A stretch of DNA of 63,665 nt, the filler included, from Alphaproteobacteria bacterium (GTDB lineage Bacteria; Pseudomonadota; Alphaproteobacteria; Caedimonadales; UBA9215): NCBI GenBank assembly GCA_024280495.1. It is 4 parts of 4 records of this genome, joined end to end, with 100 filler letters (N's around TTAATTAATTAA, not from the genome) between each part and the next. Parts side by side here need not be neighbours in the genome. Positions count along the whole stretch, not along the records: positions 29,822 to 40,935 come from JAJRPZ010000096.1; 3 more parts are not named here. One strand, written 5' to 3'. A program made the translations under genes and the position numbers. The notes under the pieces were generated by a model that was given only the letters and a program-made list of their open reading frames with translations, did no database searches and was not told where the DNA came from. Below are positions 29,911 through 39,533 of this stretch, piece after piece; position 1 is the stretch's first letter; every line of letters starts with the position of its first letter.

Positions 29911-31749
29911 CTACATCCGAAGCTTTTGAAGCTCGGCTTGCAAACCCCTAAGTCTTTCAAAATTTTCTGCCGTTGGTTCACGTTCCAACAAAATCGTTAC
30001 GGCCTCTAAATCACTTTCCAACGCGCTTTTCCCGTGGCAAAACTGCCATATCCTCTGCCAATTTTCTCGAACGGCATCAAGGTCTTCTGTGGGTTGCGCG
30101 AAATTAGCATGGGTATAGATAGACCAATTACACACGGATTCTACTGTATTTTTGAATCCTTTACCATACAAATGGTTATGTAATGCGTCTTTGTCAAGGT
30201 CTTCCCCCTCAAAAAGATAAGTTGCCAACTCATCTCGCAAAGCCCCCATGTCTTTATTATCAATAGGCATTTCAAGAAATTCACTTTCAAATTCCGTCAA
30301 AATTTGAGGGTTATTTAAAATACAAGCCATCAAAATTTTTGTTTGAACGTCAGGTACATTAACGGAAAACCCAAGGGGTGACGGACCCGATAAAGGTTTT
30401 ACATAACCAGCAGAATATTTTCCAGAAGCTCCATAAGTTCTACGAACACCGAATTTAGAAAATTGGCTTTGAGAGCGAAACAAGATCCGAATTCGATCAT
30501 TTAATTCAATTTCGTAGCCTTTTTTAACGGAGACATCTTGAATCAATCCTGTCAGCTTATAAATTTTATTACGAAAAGCTGTTTTTTTTTCTGGGGTTTC
30601 AAGGGAGATACCTTCTTGGAGACTCTCCCAAAAACGGTTCACAAAAGGCGTTGCATTATCATAGAGCGCCTTTAAATTTCCATATCTATTTTGACGTAAC
30701 ATTGTATCTGGGTCTTCTCCTTCAGGCAATGTCACAAAACGCAAAGAATTATCAGACCTTAAATAAGGCAAGGCCGTTTCAAGAACTCGATTGGCGGCCC
30801 GCTGTCCTGCGGCATCTCCATCAAGACAAATAATAGGTTCCGAATCCATGCGCCACATAAGGCGTAATTGAGCTTCAGTAATGGCCGTTCCCAAAGGGGC
30901 TACTGCTCCTTTAAAACCGCCCTGATGCAAGGCTATAACATCCATATAACCTTCGGCACATATGATTGGATCAGCTTTTTCCCTATGCTTTTTAGCCTGG
31001 TGGTAACCATAAATAATATCACTTTTATGGTACAAAGGCGTTTCTGGAGAATTTAAATATTTTGGCTCCCCCGCCCCAAGAACGCGTCCACCAAAAGCAA
31101 TAACGCGCCCCCTTAAGTCACAAATGGGAAACAACAAACGATCCCTGAAATTATCATAATACTCAGCCTCATTGCGCGTTGATTTTTTAATAAGCCCCAA
31201 AGAAATCAAGTCTTCAATTTTGTAACAAAGCCCCTTTAGATAAGTGCATAACACATTACCTCGAGGTGCATATCCCAAACGATATAACTTTTGAATTTCA
31301 GATTTAATTTCACGCCCATCAATGTAGCGTTGAGCCCCCACCCCCACATTTGAACGCAACTGCTTCTCATAGAAAAGAGCTGCCTTTTCCATTATTTCAT
31401 AATAAAGTTCGCGTTTCTCACGGGCCATTTGATCTTCGGGCGTCATTTCCACATCCCGTGGCATAGGAATCCCTGCTTGACCCGCTAAATCTTCAACGGC
31501 CTCTGGAAATTGTAAACCTTTTTTTTCCATCAAAAAAGAAAAAATATCGCCATGGGCCTTACATCCATAACAATGATAATTTCCTTCGGTATCATAAACA
31601 TAAAAGGAAGGAGATTTTTCATTATGAAAAGGGCAACAAGCAATGGTATTTGAGCCTCTCTTTTGAAGTTGCACATAACGACCAACGATATCAGACAGGG
31701 AAATACGGCGGCGTATTTGATCGAGGAATGCAGGTGAAAAAGTTGCCAT
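29911..31749 (-). CDS. dnaG: DNA primase
   Basis: CPFHNEKSPSF..YHCYGC zinc ribbon, KYLNSPET, EGYMDV, DGD.AG, DPD. ATG 31749 (alternative GTG 31764). Confidence 0.97.
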   Translation of the reverse strand: MATFSPAFLDQIRRRISLSDIVGRYVQLQKRGSNTIACCPFHNEKSPSFYVYDTEGNYHCYGCKAHGDIFSFLMEKKGLQFPEAVEDLAGQAGIPMPRDVEMTPEDQMAREKRELYYEIMEKAALFYEKQLRSNVGVGAQRYIDGREIKSEIQKLYRLGYAPRGNVLCTYLKGLCYKIEDLISLGLIKKSTRNEAEYYDNFRDRLLFPICDLRGRVIAFGGRVLGAGEPKYLNSPETPLYHKSDIIYGYHQAKKHREKADPIICAEGYMDVIALHQGGFKGAVAPLGTAITEAQLRLMWRMDSEPIICLDGDAAGQRAANRVLETALPYLRSDNSLRFVTLPEGEDPDTMLRQNRYGNLKALYDNATPFVNRFWESLQEGISLETPEKKTAFRNKIYKLTGLIQDVSVKKGYEIELNDRIRILFRSQSQFSKFGVRRTYGASGKYSAGYVKPLSGPSPLGFSVNVPDVQTKILMACILNNPQILTEFESEFLEMPIDNKDMGALRDELATYLFEGEDLDKDALHNHLYGKGFKNTVESVCNWSIYTHANFAQPTEDLDAVRENWQRIWQFCHGKSALESDLEAVTILLEREPTAENFERLRGLQAELQKLRM

Positions 31750-31852
31750 ATTATTTAAAGCCACAAAAAGAAACGTACTAAAGAATTAAAGGTACCATAC
31801 CTTTTTTCGCCATGTGATTAAAGGAAAAGAATAAACAACATATAGAGATTAT

Positions 31853-31880
31853 AAAAAAAGTTCCCTCAATTGAGGAAACT
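31853..31880 (-). terminator. Probable rpmB terminator
   Basis: A-run + AGTTCCCTCA-AT-TGAGGAAACT. Confidence 0.55.
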
Positions 31881-31924
31881 AATAAATAAAAGATTATCAA
31901 AATAGAACCTTAGTCAGGCCATAA

Positions 31925-32215
31925 TTAAGCTTTAGCAAGGGCAGAAGCTTTAACCAAACGACGTTTTAGACGTTTTGCTTCATCCGTTAACTTCAAGGCC
32001 GTTGTTCCCATTAAAAAACTATCAATACCGCCCTTTTTCTCAACGGTACGAATGGCACGAGTTGAAACACGAAGCTTAACATTTCCAAGAGTTTCACTTG
32101 TAAAAGTAGCCATTTGCAAGTTTGGCAAAAAGCGACGACGTGTTTTGTTTTTAGCGTGGCTGACGTTATTGCCGCTCATCACACCTTTTCCTGTCAATTC
32201 ACAACGACGTGACAT
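31925..32215 (-). CDS. rpmB: 50S ribosomal protein L28
   Basis: [30 protein letters not shown]. Confidence 0.98.
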   Translation of the reverse strand: MSRRCELTGKGVMSGNNVSHAKNKTRRRFLPNLQMATFTSETLGNVKLRVSTRAIRTVEKKGGIDSFLMGTTALKLTDEAKRLKRRLVKASALAKA

Positions 32216-32330
32216 GGGTATCTCCTAAATTAAATTCATATATCTTTCTTACGGATTTCAGGGGCAACCGTCAAGAAAAAAAGACTGTTAAACAGTATGT
32301 TTTTTTGGTTAAGGCTTAAGCATGACTTTA

Positions 32331-33275
32331 TTAAGTATGACTTTGCATGAAATTCCAATCCAAAAGAGCCCGAGACAAAAGACCTCCCATTAAAGGAATA
32401 AAACGTTCTTTTGTTTTAGAGAGCTCTTTTTCCACAATATCAATCTTCCTTAGATCTTTTAAAACGGTAAGGGCATCCCCCAAATAGATAAGCTCCGCAT
32501 AGGTTCCCCGCGCCCGATATCCAGCCCAACGTTTAAGCTGAGCAACGGACAAAAGGGCTTCTTGCCTCACATCTTCTCTAACAAAAGGGCTTGACTCTAA
32601 GAACGCAACCACATGATCCCCTGCTTGAGAGAACAGTTCTGCCATCATTTGATCACGGGCCTCACGATCAATACCATAATCATCCTCCCAATTTAAGTTC
32701 ATTGCTAAACTCATAAGGGTCTTAGAATGAGTTATGGGATCGGCATCTGCATTAAAGCCAACACCATTTATCATACGTATTAAACGTATACGGGGATCTT
32801 CCTCCATGATTCCTAGATCCTCACCAAGGCCATTGGTCCGAGAAAGAGCCTGCATAACTAAAACGAGCTTGTTAAATGGTGTATTAAACTTAAATTCAAC
32901 CCCCTTCATATCAAAATCAAGTATCTTCTTTGACACTTTTTTGGGCAAAGACTGCCGCACCCAATTGGGTAAAAAAGTTGAATGGGTAAAAGCAAAAATC
33001 AACTGTGCATTTTTAAATTTTTTCAGTCCTTCATTTGCAACTTCCTTCATGACGTCCATATGCTGATGAAGTGATCTTCTTTCCTGAGACTCCTCTTGAT
33101 CCACAATTGATCCGCCCCCCGTACGCATGGGGAAAGAAGCATTTACCGAAGCTACCATTAATAAAATAAGTGATATTATAAAAAGTTCTAAAAAAATCGA
33201 TCTTGCAAAACGCCATTGATCACTTTGGATGCCACAAAAAGTATGTATATTGCTGTTATTATTTAATTTTACCAT
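32331..33275 (-). CDS. Hypothetical protein with signal/TM segment, helical
   Basis: 314-aa ORF with GGAGG RBS; ISLILLMVASVNAS; no motif recognised. Confidence 0.7.
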   Translation of the reverse strand: MVKLNNNSNIHTFCGIQSDQWRFARSIFLELFIISLILLMVASVNASFPMRTGGGSIVDQEESQERRSLHQHMDVMKEVANEGLKKFKNAQLIFAFTHSTFLPNWVRQSLPKKVSKKILDFDMKGVEFKFNTPFNKLVLVMQALSRTNGLGEDLGIMEEDPRIRLIRMINGVGFNADADPITHSKTLMSLAMNLNWEDDYGIDREARDQMMAELFSQAGDHVVAFLESSPFVREDVRQEALLSVAQLKRWAGYRARGTYAELIYLGDALTVLKDLRKIDIVEKELSKTKERFIPLMGGLLSRALLDWNFMQSHT

Positions 33276-33518
33276 GTTTTGCCTCCCTCATATCGTTAGT
33301 TTATTGCTAGAAAAATACTTTTATATTTCTATTTCAGTGTTTCTCCTTGAACTTTCCAAAACGTTAAGAAAAACTTTCAATTTCTTTACCACCGAACAAG
33401 TGAGATTTTATATTTCCTTCATAAACTCCGACGAATAGAGCCCCATCTCTTCTTTTTTCATTGATTTTCCAACAATAATCTCCTACAAATATAAAATGTA
33501 TAAATAATATACATGAAT

Positions 33519-33612
33519 ACGCACACAGGCTTGCGCCACTTTAAAAGATTTTTTAAAGATGTCGCTCCGGTGTTGGTTTATGAAAACCAACCACCCTGTG
33601 GAGGCTCAACCG
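33519..33612 (+). promoter_or_regulatory. rpsB (S2) leader RNA
   Basis: GCACAC...GGTG...TGTGGAGGC..AACC elements typical of rpsB 5' UTRs, with two internal hairpins. Confidence 0.65.
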
Positions 33613-33632
33613 GAAAAGAAAGGACATTTATT

Positions 33633-34424
33633 ATGACTCTTCCGACATTTACCATGCGCGAACTTCTTCAAGCAGGTGTTCACTTTGGCCACCATCCCCG
33701 TCGCTGGAACCCGAAAATGAATCAATATCTTTTTGGTATTCGTAACGACATTCATATCGTTAACCTTGAAAAAACAGTCCCCATGTTTAACCAAGCAATT
33801 CAAGCTGTACACGACGTTGTTAAAAGCGGTGGTAAAGTTTTGTTCGTTGGAACGAAACGTCAAGCGAGTCCTTTGGTTCAAGAATATGCTGAACGTTGCG
33901 GTCAATATTACGTAAATCACCGTTGGTTAGGTGGTATGATGACCAACTACAAAACTGTTAAAGATTCTATCAAACGCTTAAAAGACAACGAAGAAACTTT
34001 GAAAAAAGCAGCAGAACTTCGCTTAACAAAAAAAGAAATTTTAAAACTTGAGCGCAGCATCAATAACTTGACACGCTCTTTAGGTGGTATCCGTGAGATG
34101 AACGGCACACCTGATATTCTTGTTATTTTAGACACAAACAAAGAAAAACTAGCCGTGGCAGAAGCGGGCAACTTGAGTATTCCCATTGTGGCTGTTGTTG
34201 ACTCTAACTCAGATCCAGATGCCATTGATTTTCCCATTCCAGGAAACGATGATGCGATTCGTTCCCTAGAGCTTTACTTGCGTCTTCTTTCCGATGCGGC
34301 TCTTTCTGGTATGAAAGCTCAGATGGCGTCTTCTGGTGTTGATCTTGGTGCACGTTCTGACTTGCCTATGGATACAATGATGGCTGAGGCTAACGCAACT
34401 CCAGAAACTACTCCAAAAGCTTAA
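33633..34424 (+). CDS. rpsB: 30S ribosomal protein S2
   Basis: AGVHFGH..RWNPKM, RWLGG, IPGNDDAIRS; AAGGA RBS before ATG 33633. Confidence 0.98.
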   Translation: MTLPTFTMRELLQAGVHFGHHPRRWNPKMNQYLFGIRNDIHIVNLEKTVPMFNQAIQAVHDVVKSGGKVLFVGTKRQASPLVQEYAERCGQYYVNHRWLGGMMTNYKTVKDSIKRLKDNEETLKKAAELRLTKKEILKLERSINNLTRSLGGIREMNGTPDILVILDTNKEKLAVAEAGNLSIPIVAVVDSNSDPDAIDFPIPGNDDAIRSLELYLRLLSDAALSGMKAQMASSGVDLGARSDLPMDTMMAEANATPETTPKA

Positions 34425-34452
34425 GCTTAACTTTTAAATAAGGAATATAGAC

Positions 34453-35382
34453 ATGACTGCAATTACTGCAAGTGCTGTAAAAGAACTCCGCGAAAAAAGC
34501 GGTGCTGGCATGATGGACTGTAAAAAAGCGTTGAACGAAAATAATGGTAATATCGAAGAATCCATGGATTGGTTGCGCACAAAAGGCTTGGCCTCTGCTG
34601 CTAAAAAATCTGGTCGTGCGGCGGCTGAAGGCCTTGTTGGAATTTCCACAAGTGGCACAACGGGTGTTATTGTTGAAGTGAATGCAGAAACAGATTTTGT
34701 ATCTCGCAATGACAAATTCCAAAATTACGTTCAAACAGTGACAGACCTTGCCCTCGAGCATGGTGACAACATTAATTCCCTTGAGAGTGCACCCTACCCA
34801 GGTGCAGACCACACAGCAAAAGAGGAACTAACTAAGCTTATTAGCACAATTGGCGAGCATATGAATTTGCGTCGTGTGAAACGTTTAAGTGTCACGAAAG
34901 GCGTCGTCACCAATTACCTTCACAACGCAACAACAGCAACTCTAGGCCAAATTGGTGTGTTGGTTGCCCTTGAATCCGATGCTGATCAAGGAGAACTAAC
35001 AATGCTTGCCAAGCAAATTGCCATGCATATTGCGGCTGCAAATCCTAGATCCCATACTAAAGAAGATTTAGATCCTGAACTGGTTGACCGCGAGCGTGCT
35101 ATCTATAAAGAACAAGTTATAGAATCAGGAAAGCCAGCGGAATTTGCTGACAAAATCGTTGAAGGTCGTCTACGTAAATTCTATCAAGAAAGTGTTCTTT
35201 GCGAACAAGTTTATATGATCGATGACTCAAAACGTACCGTTGCTCAAGTGGTTGCAGATAAAGCAACAGAACTTGGCACTGAAATTAACTTTACTGGCTA
35301 TGCTCAATTCCGTCTTGGCGAAGGTATTCAGAAAAAAGAAGAAGATTTTGCAGCAGAAGTTGCAGCTCAGCTCGCTAACTAA
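34453..35382 (+). CDS. tsf: Elongation factor Ts
   Basis: VKELREKSGAGMMDCKKAL, EVNAETDFV, DFAAEVA. Confidence 0.98.
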   Translation: MTAITASAVKELREKSGAGMMDCKKALNENNGNIEESMDWLRTKGLASAAKKSGRAAAEGLVGISTSGTTGVIVEVNAETDFVSRNDKFQNYVQTVTDLALEHGDNINSLESAPYPGADHTAKEELTKLISTIGEHMNLRRVKRLSVTKGVVTNYLHNATTATLGQIGVLVALESDADQGELTMLAKQIAMHIAAANPRSHTKEDLDPELVDRERAIYKEQVIESGKPAEFADKIVEGRLRKFYQESVLCEQVYMIDDSKRTVAQVVADKATELGTEINFTGYAQFRLGEGIQKKEEDFAAEVAAQLAN

Positions 35383-35413
35383 AAATTAATTTTCATAGAA
35401 ATATCAAAATAAT

Positions 35414-35437
35414 AGCCCCGTCTTTCGGGGCTTTTTT
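35414..35437 (+). terminator. rpsB-tsf terminator
   Basis: AGCCCCG-TCTTT-CGGGGCT + TTTTT. Confidence 0.85.
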
Positions 35438-35551
35438 CTATATTCTTTCTTATTCAACATTTTTATTTCTTGCCTCTATTTATTTTTTCTATAGGCTAAA
35501 AATTGAACTTTGCAGGAGATTAAATTGATTCAGTTAACGCCCAAAAGACGC

Positions 35552-36775
35552 ATGCACAAAAACACCTCTATTTCGTTTTTATTTTTAGTTATACTCTCTT
35601 TAAATTTTCCATTTAAAGGGATTTCTTCCTCTTTATTAGAGAGGGATAATATTGAAGAAAAAGCACGTTTTGCCCTTGATGCTTATGGAGATATAGATCC
35701 TTATATAAGTCGCACGCATTTTTCTCGTCACAAGACAGATGAAATTCTAACTGACAACTCTTTTGCTATTTTCTTTAAAATGGTCAAACCTCTTTTACTT
35801 ACCCACAATACTATTATTGAGACCCTTGTTATGCTTCAAAAAGCCGATGGGGATAACCCCATTGATTACCCCCGTTCTTGGGTTCTCTTTGATTTAACTG
35901 ATTGTAATAAGGGAGTAACCATTTGCCATGAGAAATTAAGGTGGAATCAATTAGAAAAATTATCCATTAGGCTTGAGGAGAGGATTCCCATATTGCAGGA
36001 AACATTAAGGGAAGCAGTCCCTTATCATATGGAAACAAGACGTTCTATCGTCATTGAATTATTTAATGAATCTATTAAGAAATTGCTTAAAATTGTCAAT
36101 GAATTTAAAGAGTTAACTCCCGAAAATCCGTACCAAGATGCTGATTTTGATATTCCCAATGCAGAAGATGAAATTTTTGAAATTGAAGACCAAATTTCAG
36201 CCCTTAAAAAGCGCCTAAGTGCTTTAAACCCATTATTAGAGAAAGCACAATTATGGCAGCGAAAACATGATATTGCTAAAAAGAAAATTGCGTCCACTGT
36301 TAAAAAAATTGAAAAAGCGCGAGAATTTTTTGATCAATATATAATAACAGACACAGTGCGCTATTCAGAAAATCCAACGAATTTGGATGATATTGATACT
36401 GTTGAAGATGCCACCGATGAACATGAACTGAAAATTTTAGCCGACATACTTAAAAATAATGAAAACATTTCTAGAGAGATCAAAGCTAAATTAGCAGAGG
36501 CAAAAAAATGGCAACGGGAGCACAAAGCTCTTCATACGTCCATTGCAAAAACCATTAGAGAGATCGAAACTGCTAAATCTGCCTTTTATAAATATATGAT
36601 CGGTGATAATGGAGCCAAAGTAGGAAATGACACTTATTTAGATGATATTTCTGACCCCATTGAAGCGGAAAACACGCATGATTTAGACGAACTAGAAGGA
36701 ATTAAAAAAGAAAACATCTTTATACTAGAGGAAATTAAGGAAAGACTCGTTGATGCAAAGGCGTGGAAATCATAG
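35552..36775 (+). CDS. Orphan signal-peptide protein with tandem 85-aa helical repeats
   Basis: Hydrophobic N-terminus ending ISSS; Trp codons at 36254, 36509 and 36764 mark an exact 255-nt period. Alternative start TTG 35525. Confidence 0.75.
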   Translation: MHKNTSISFLFLVILSLNFPFKGISSSLLERDNIEEKARFALDAYGDIDPYISRTHFSRHKTDEILTDNSFAIFFKMVKPLLLTHNTIIETLVMLQKADGDNPIDYPRSWVLFDLTDCNKGVTICHEKLRWNQLEKLSIRLEERIPILQETLREAVPYHMETRRSIVIELFNESIKKLLKIVNEFKELTPENPYQDADFDIPNAEDEIFEIEDQISALKKRLSALNPLLEKAQLWQRKHDIAKKKIASTVKKIEKAREFFDQYIITDTVRYSENPTNLDDIDTVEDATDEHELKILADILKNNENISREIKAKLAEAKKWQREHKALHTSIAKTIREIETAKSAFYKYMIGDNGAKVGNDTYLDDISDPIEAENTHDLDELEGIKKENIFILEEIKERLVDAKAWKS

Positions 36776-36858
36776 AGCGAGGGACCAACACCTATAATTT
36801 ATAGGTACGGGAGTGATTGACGACGTCTGGAACTTTTGGGGAATGACTATATGTATGC

Positions 36859-37770
36859 TCAACGTAGTTCCGAGCATACATAAGTTGGCTTAATAAGAGA
36901 CTCTTTTAGTAGGGTTTGAGAAAAGTCTTCAAGGGTTACTATATCTGAAGGTCGCGTATTAAGCGCCTCGATACCACTTAAAACCAAGAGGGAATTTATG
37001 CCAGCACTAATGGCACCAGCAACATCAGTTTTTAAGGAATCACCAATAGCTAGGACGCGTTTTTTATTTATAACACCTTCCACTACATTAAATTTTTGAA
37101 AAACACTGTCATAAACAGATTGAAACGGCTTGCCATGGTAATGAACTGTACCTCCAATTTTTTCATAATATCGGGCTATGGTACCAGCACAGCGATGAAC
37201 ACTTTCCCCTAAAATAACACTCATATCGGGATTAACACAAATCATAGGTAGATCGTATTTTAGTGCATCATTAAGGAGGGTTTCGTAGTCTTTGCTGGTC
37301 ATATTTTTCGAATTTTCAGGCTGCATATTTAAAATAAAGGATGCTTCAGATAGATCGCCCACGCGCTCAAGACCGCAGTCCGTCATCATCTCAACATGAC
37401 CAGCAGAAGTAATTAATGCATAACACTTAGAAGAAAGATGGGTGTAGTGGGCTTTTTTTTCCGCAGCAATATGCTCATAGGCATCTTCGCCAGATGTGTG
37501 AATATCGTGGTAATCTTCCCGTGAAAGACCAAAATATTCGAGATCATTTGCAACATCACGGGATCGTCTGGGGGCATTACTTAAAAAAACAACCTGCTTT
37601 CCAAGATTCTTGATCTCCTGTAATGTTTCTTTAACATGGGGAAAAAGGCAACGACCGTTATGAATAACCCCCCAAATATCCACCACAAAATAATCGTACT
37701 TATCAATGATATCGTGAATTGATCTTATATACATTCTGTATCCTTTAGGAACCCTATTGTACTCTGACAA
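36859..37770 (-). CDS. HAD-superfamily subfamily IIA hydrolase
   Basis: DIWGVIHNG, LSNAPR, NPD, GKP, IGDSLKTDVAGA; start may be ATG 37734. Confidence 0.92.
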   Translation of the reverse strand: MSEYNRVPKGYRMYIRSIHDIIDKYDYFVVDIWGVIHNGRCLFPHVKETLQEIKNLGKQVVFLSNAPRRSRDVANDLEYFGLSREDYHDIHTSGEDAYEHIAAEKKAHYTHLSSKCYALITSAGHVEMMTDCGLERVGDLSEASFILNMQPENSKNMTSKDYETLLNDALKYDLPMICVNPDMSVILGESVHRCAGTIARYYEKIGGTVHYHGKPFQSVYDSVFQKFNVVEGVINKKRVLAIGDSLKTDVAGAISAGINSLLVLSGIEALNTRPSDIVTLEDFSQTLLKESLIKPTYVCSELR

Positions 37771-37805
37771 ATATATATATAAAGGACCTATTTTACCAGT
37801 GGGAG

Positions 37806-38279
37806 TTAACGTAATGTGACTAAATAAACTTTTAACGAAGGGCTCCTCATATGTGAGACATATTGGTATAAATGTTGATTATCCGCGAATAAAAAATAAT
37901 CTTTCATAATAATTATAGATTTTCTTTTTTTTAAAAATTTTTTAATGAGTTTTTTTTCTTTTTTCGAGATGTTAAAAAGCTTTCTATTTTTTATGCGGTA
38001 TAATAATTCATTTCTGATGCTCTCTTTTAATTCCTCCACCTTTGTGTCAGAAGTTATTTCAAAGGCCGATACCAATAGAATATTTCTGTTTTTATCATAT
38101 ATGTCAATTCTAACATTTAAGGGCTTTTGTGATATAAAATTGTATTTCCCATGGAAAAAATCATCATAATCATCATATGAAGTGCTCGAAGCAAAAACTG
38201 GGAAATATAAAATAATAACACCCCCTAATAAAAATAGTATGTTTCTCTTAATGAAAGATTCAAAACTTAAAAATGACAT
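37806..38279 (-). CDS. Orphan signal-peptide protein with putative ubiquitin-like (beta-grasp) domain
   Basis: GGAGG RBS; signal ending VFASS; FEITSDTKVEELKESI...DNQHLYQY...SLKVYLVTLR resembles ubiquitin. Confidence 0.6.
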   Translation of the reverse strand: MSFLSFESFIKRNILFLLGGVIILYFPVFASSTSYDDYDDFFHGKYNFISQKPLNVRIDIYDKNRNILLVSAFEITSDTKVEELKESIRNELLYRIKNRKLFNISKKEKKLIKKFLKKRKSIIIMKDYFLFADNQHLYQYVSHMRSPSLKVYLVTLR

Positions 38280-38437
38280 AACACCCTCCCTTTATTTTTA
38301 TACTTATAATCACAAGTAAACACAATAATTATTAATACTTTATAAACAAAAACAATGGATTATACTTCTTTATATTCTTGTCATATTAACTAACTATTTT
38401 AAATTTTATAAATCCATAAAAAAAACCAAAAAAACAG

Positions 38438-39154
38438 TTAATTATTCTTGAGGTCTCTTTTTTTTGATGATAAAAGCGCATCAAACCCTGACAAGAGCAT
38501 ATTTTTTCTAGATAAATGAGGTTTACTTAAAACCTCAGGCGAACGAGGAACTATGGTTAGGGATTGATGAATAGCCATAAATTTTTTCTTTTTAAAGGAT
38601 TGAGTTTCTTTTTTTTGATTACGAACACTCTGCCATTTACGATAAACCTTACGACGATAGGGCACTTGGTGCTTAAGTGTCGAGGAATGATAGTGCCCCA
38701 CGGCCTTGGTCCAAGATCCATGACGTTTTTTAAGAGAAATCAAAAAATCTGCCCCATAAACAACATTGCGCCATGGGTCTAACATATACAAAAGTGACTT
38801 AAAGGCTTTACCATGGTGACGATAGTTGATTTGCATACATCCAACATCAATATTCGTTACGCCTGAACGTAAATGCTTTAAAAGGGACTTGTGAGCTTTC
38901 GTTTTGGACCTATGATATTCGGGAGATCCATCAATATTCAAAGCCCACGGCCAAGCAACAAGATTTTTTTTACTCTTTGTTTTTTTCCCAGATTCAATGA
39001 TAGATATGGCCGCCAAAAGCCCTAAGGGGATTTTTTTTTCTTTTTCCACGCGCTGAATATATTTTTTGCATAATAAAGCAGCTGATTTTTCTGAAGCTTC
39101 AAGAACCTCAGGAGAGAAAAAGAAAAAAAAGGAAAAAGCTAAATTCCAAAACAT
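38438..39154 (-). CDS. Lytic transglycosylase (SLT domain, PleA-like)
   Basis: IESG, WPWALN, IDVGCMQIN, NV.YGA.FL, AVGHYHS. Confidence 0.88.
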   Translation of the reverse strand: MFWNLAFSFFFFFSPEVLEASEKSAALLCKKYIQRVEKEKKIPLGLLAAISIIESGKKTKSKKNLVAWPWALNIDGSPEYHRSKTKAHKSLLKHLRSGVTNIDVGCMQINYRHHGKAFKSLLYMLDPWRNVVYGADFLISLKKRHGSWTKAVGHYHSSTLKHQVPYRRKVYRKWQSVRNQKKETQSFKKKKFMAIHQSLTIVPRSPEVLSKPHLSRKNMLLSGFDALLSSKKRDLKNN

Positions 39155-39274
39155 ATCTCTAGCTTACGATATCTTTAGTGAATAACAGAGAGGAAAAAAT
39201 GTTAGATTGATCATTCAGAGGAGGTTATGCTAAAATAAAAATGACTTTAGACTATAGGAAGGAAATTCAACGAC

Positions 39275-39472
39275 ATGGTCAAAAAAAAATTCAAGCGCGC
39301 CTCCCTTAAAACAAAAATCATTCTTATTCTGAGTTTCATACTGTTATGCCTTTTTCTTATTCTCGCAAATAAGGCCGTTTTGAATGACCTTATTCCCGTG
39401 GATTACATGCAAGATCCCTACCCTTTCAAACAAGCCTGTAAAGCTCCAGAACCAAAGACTTCGAAAATATAG
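39275..39472 (+). CDS. Small single-TM hypothetical protein
   Basis: GGAAGGA RBS, ATG, basic N-terminus plus one hydrophobic helix. Confidence 0.5.
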   Translation: MVKKKFKRASLKTKIILILSFILLCLFLILANKAVLNDLIPVDYMQDPYPFKQACKAPEPKTSKI

Positions 39473-39533
39473 TCGTTTCAAAAAAAATTCCTTAAACATT
39501 GCTTTTTACACAGTTATTCCGTATAAAAAAACT

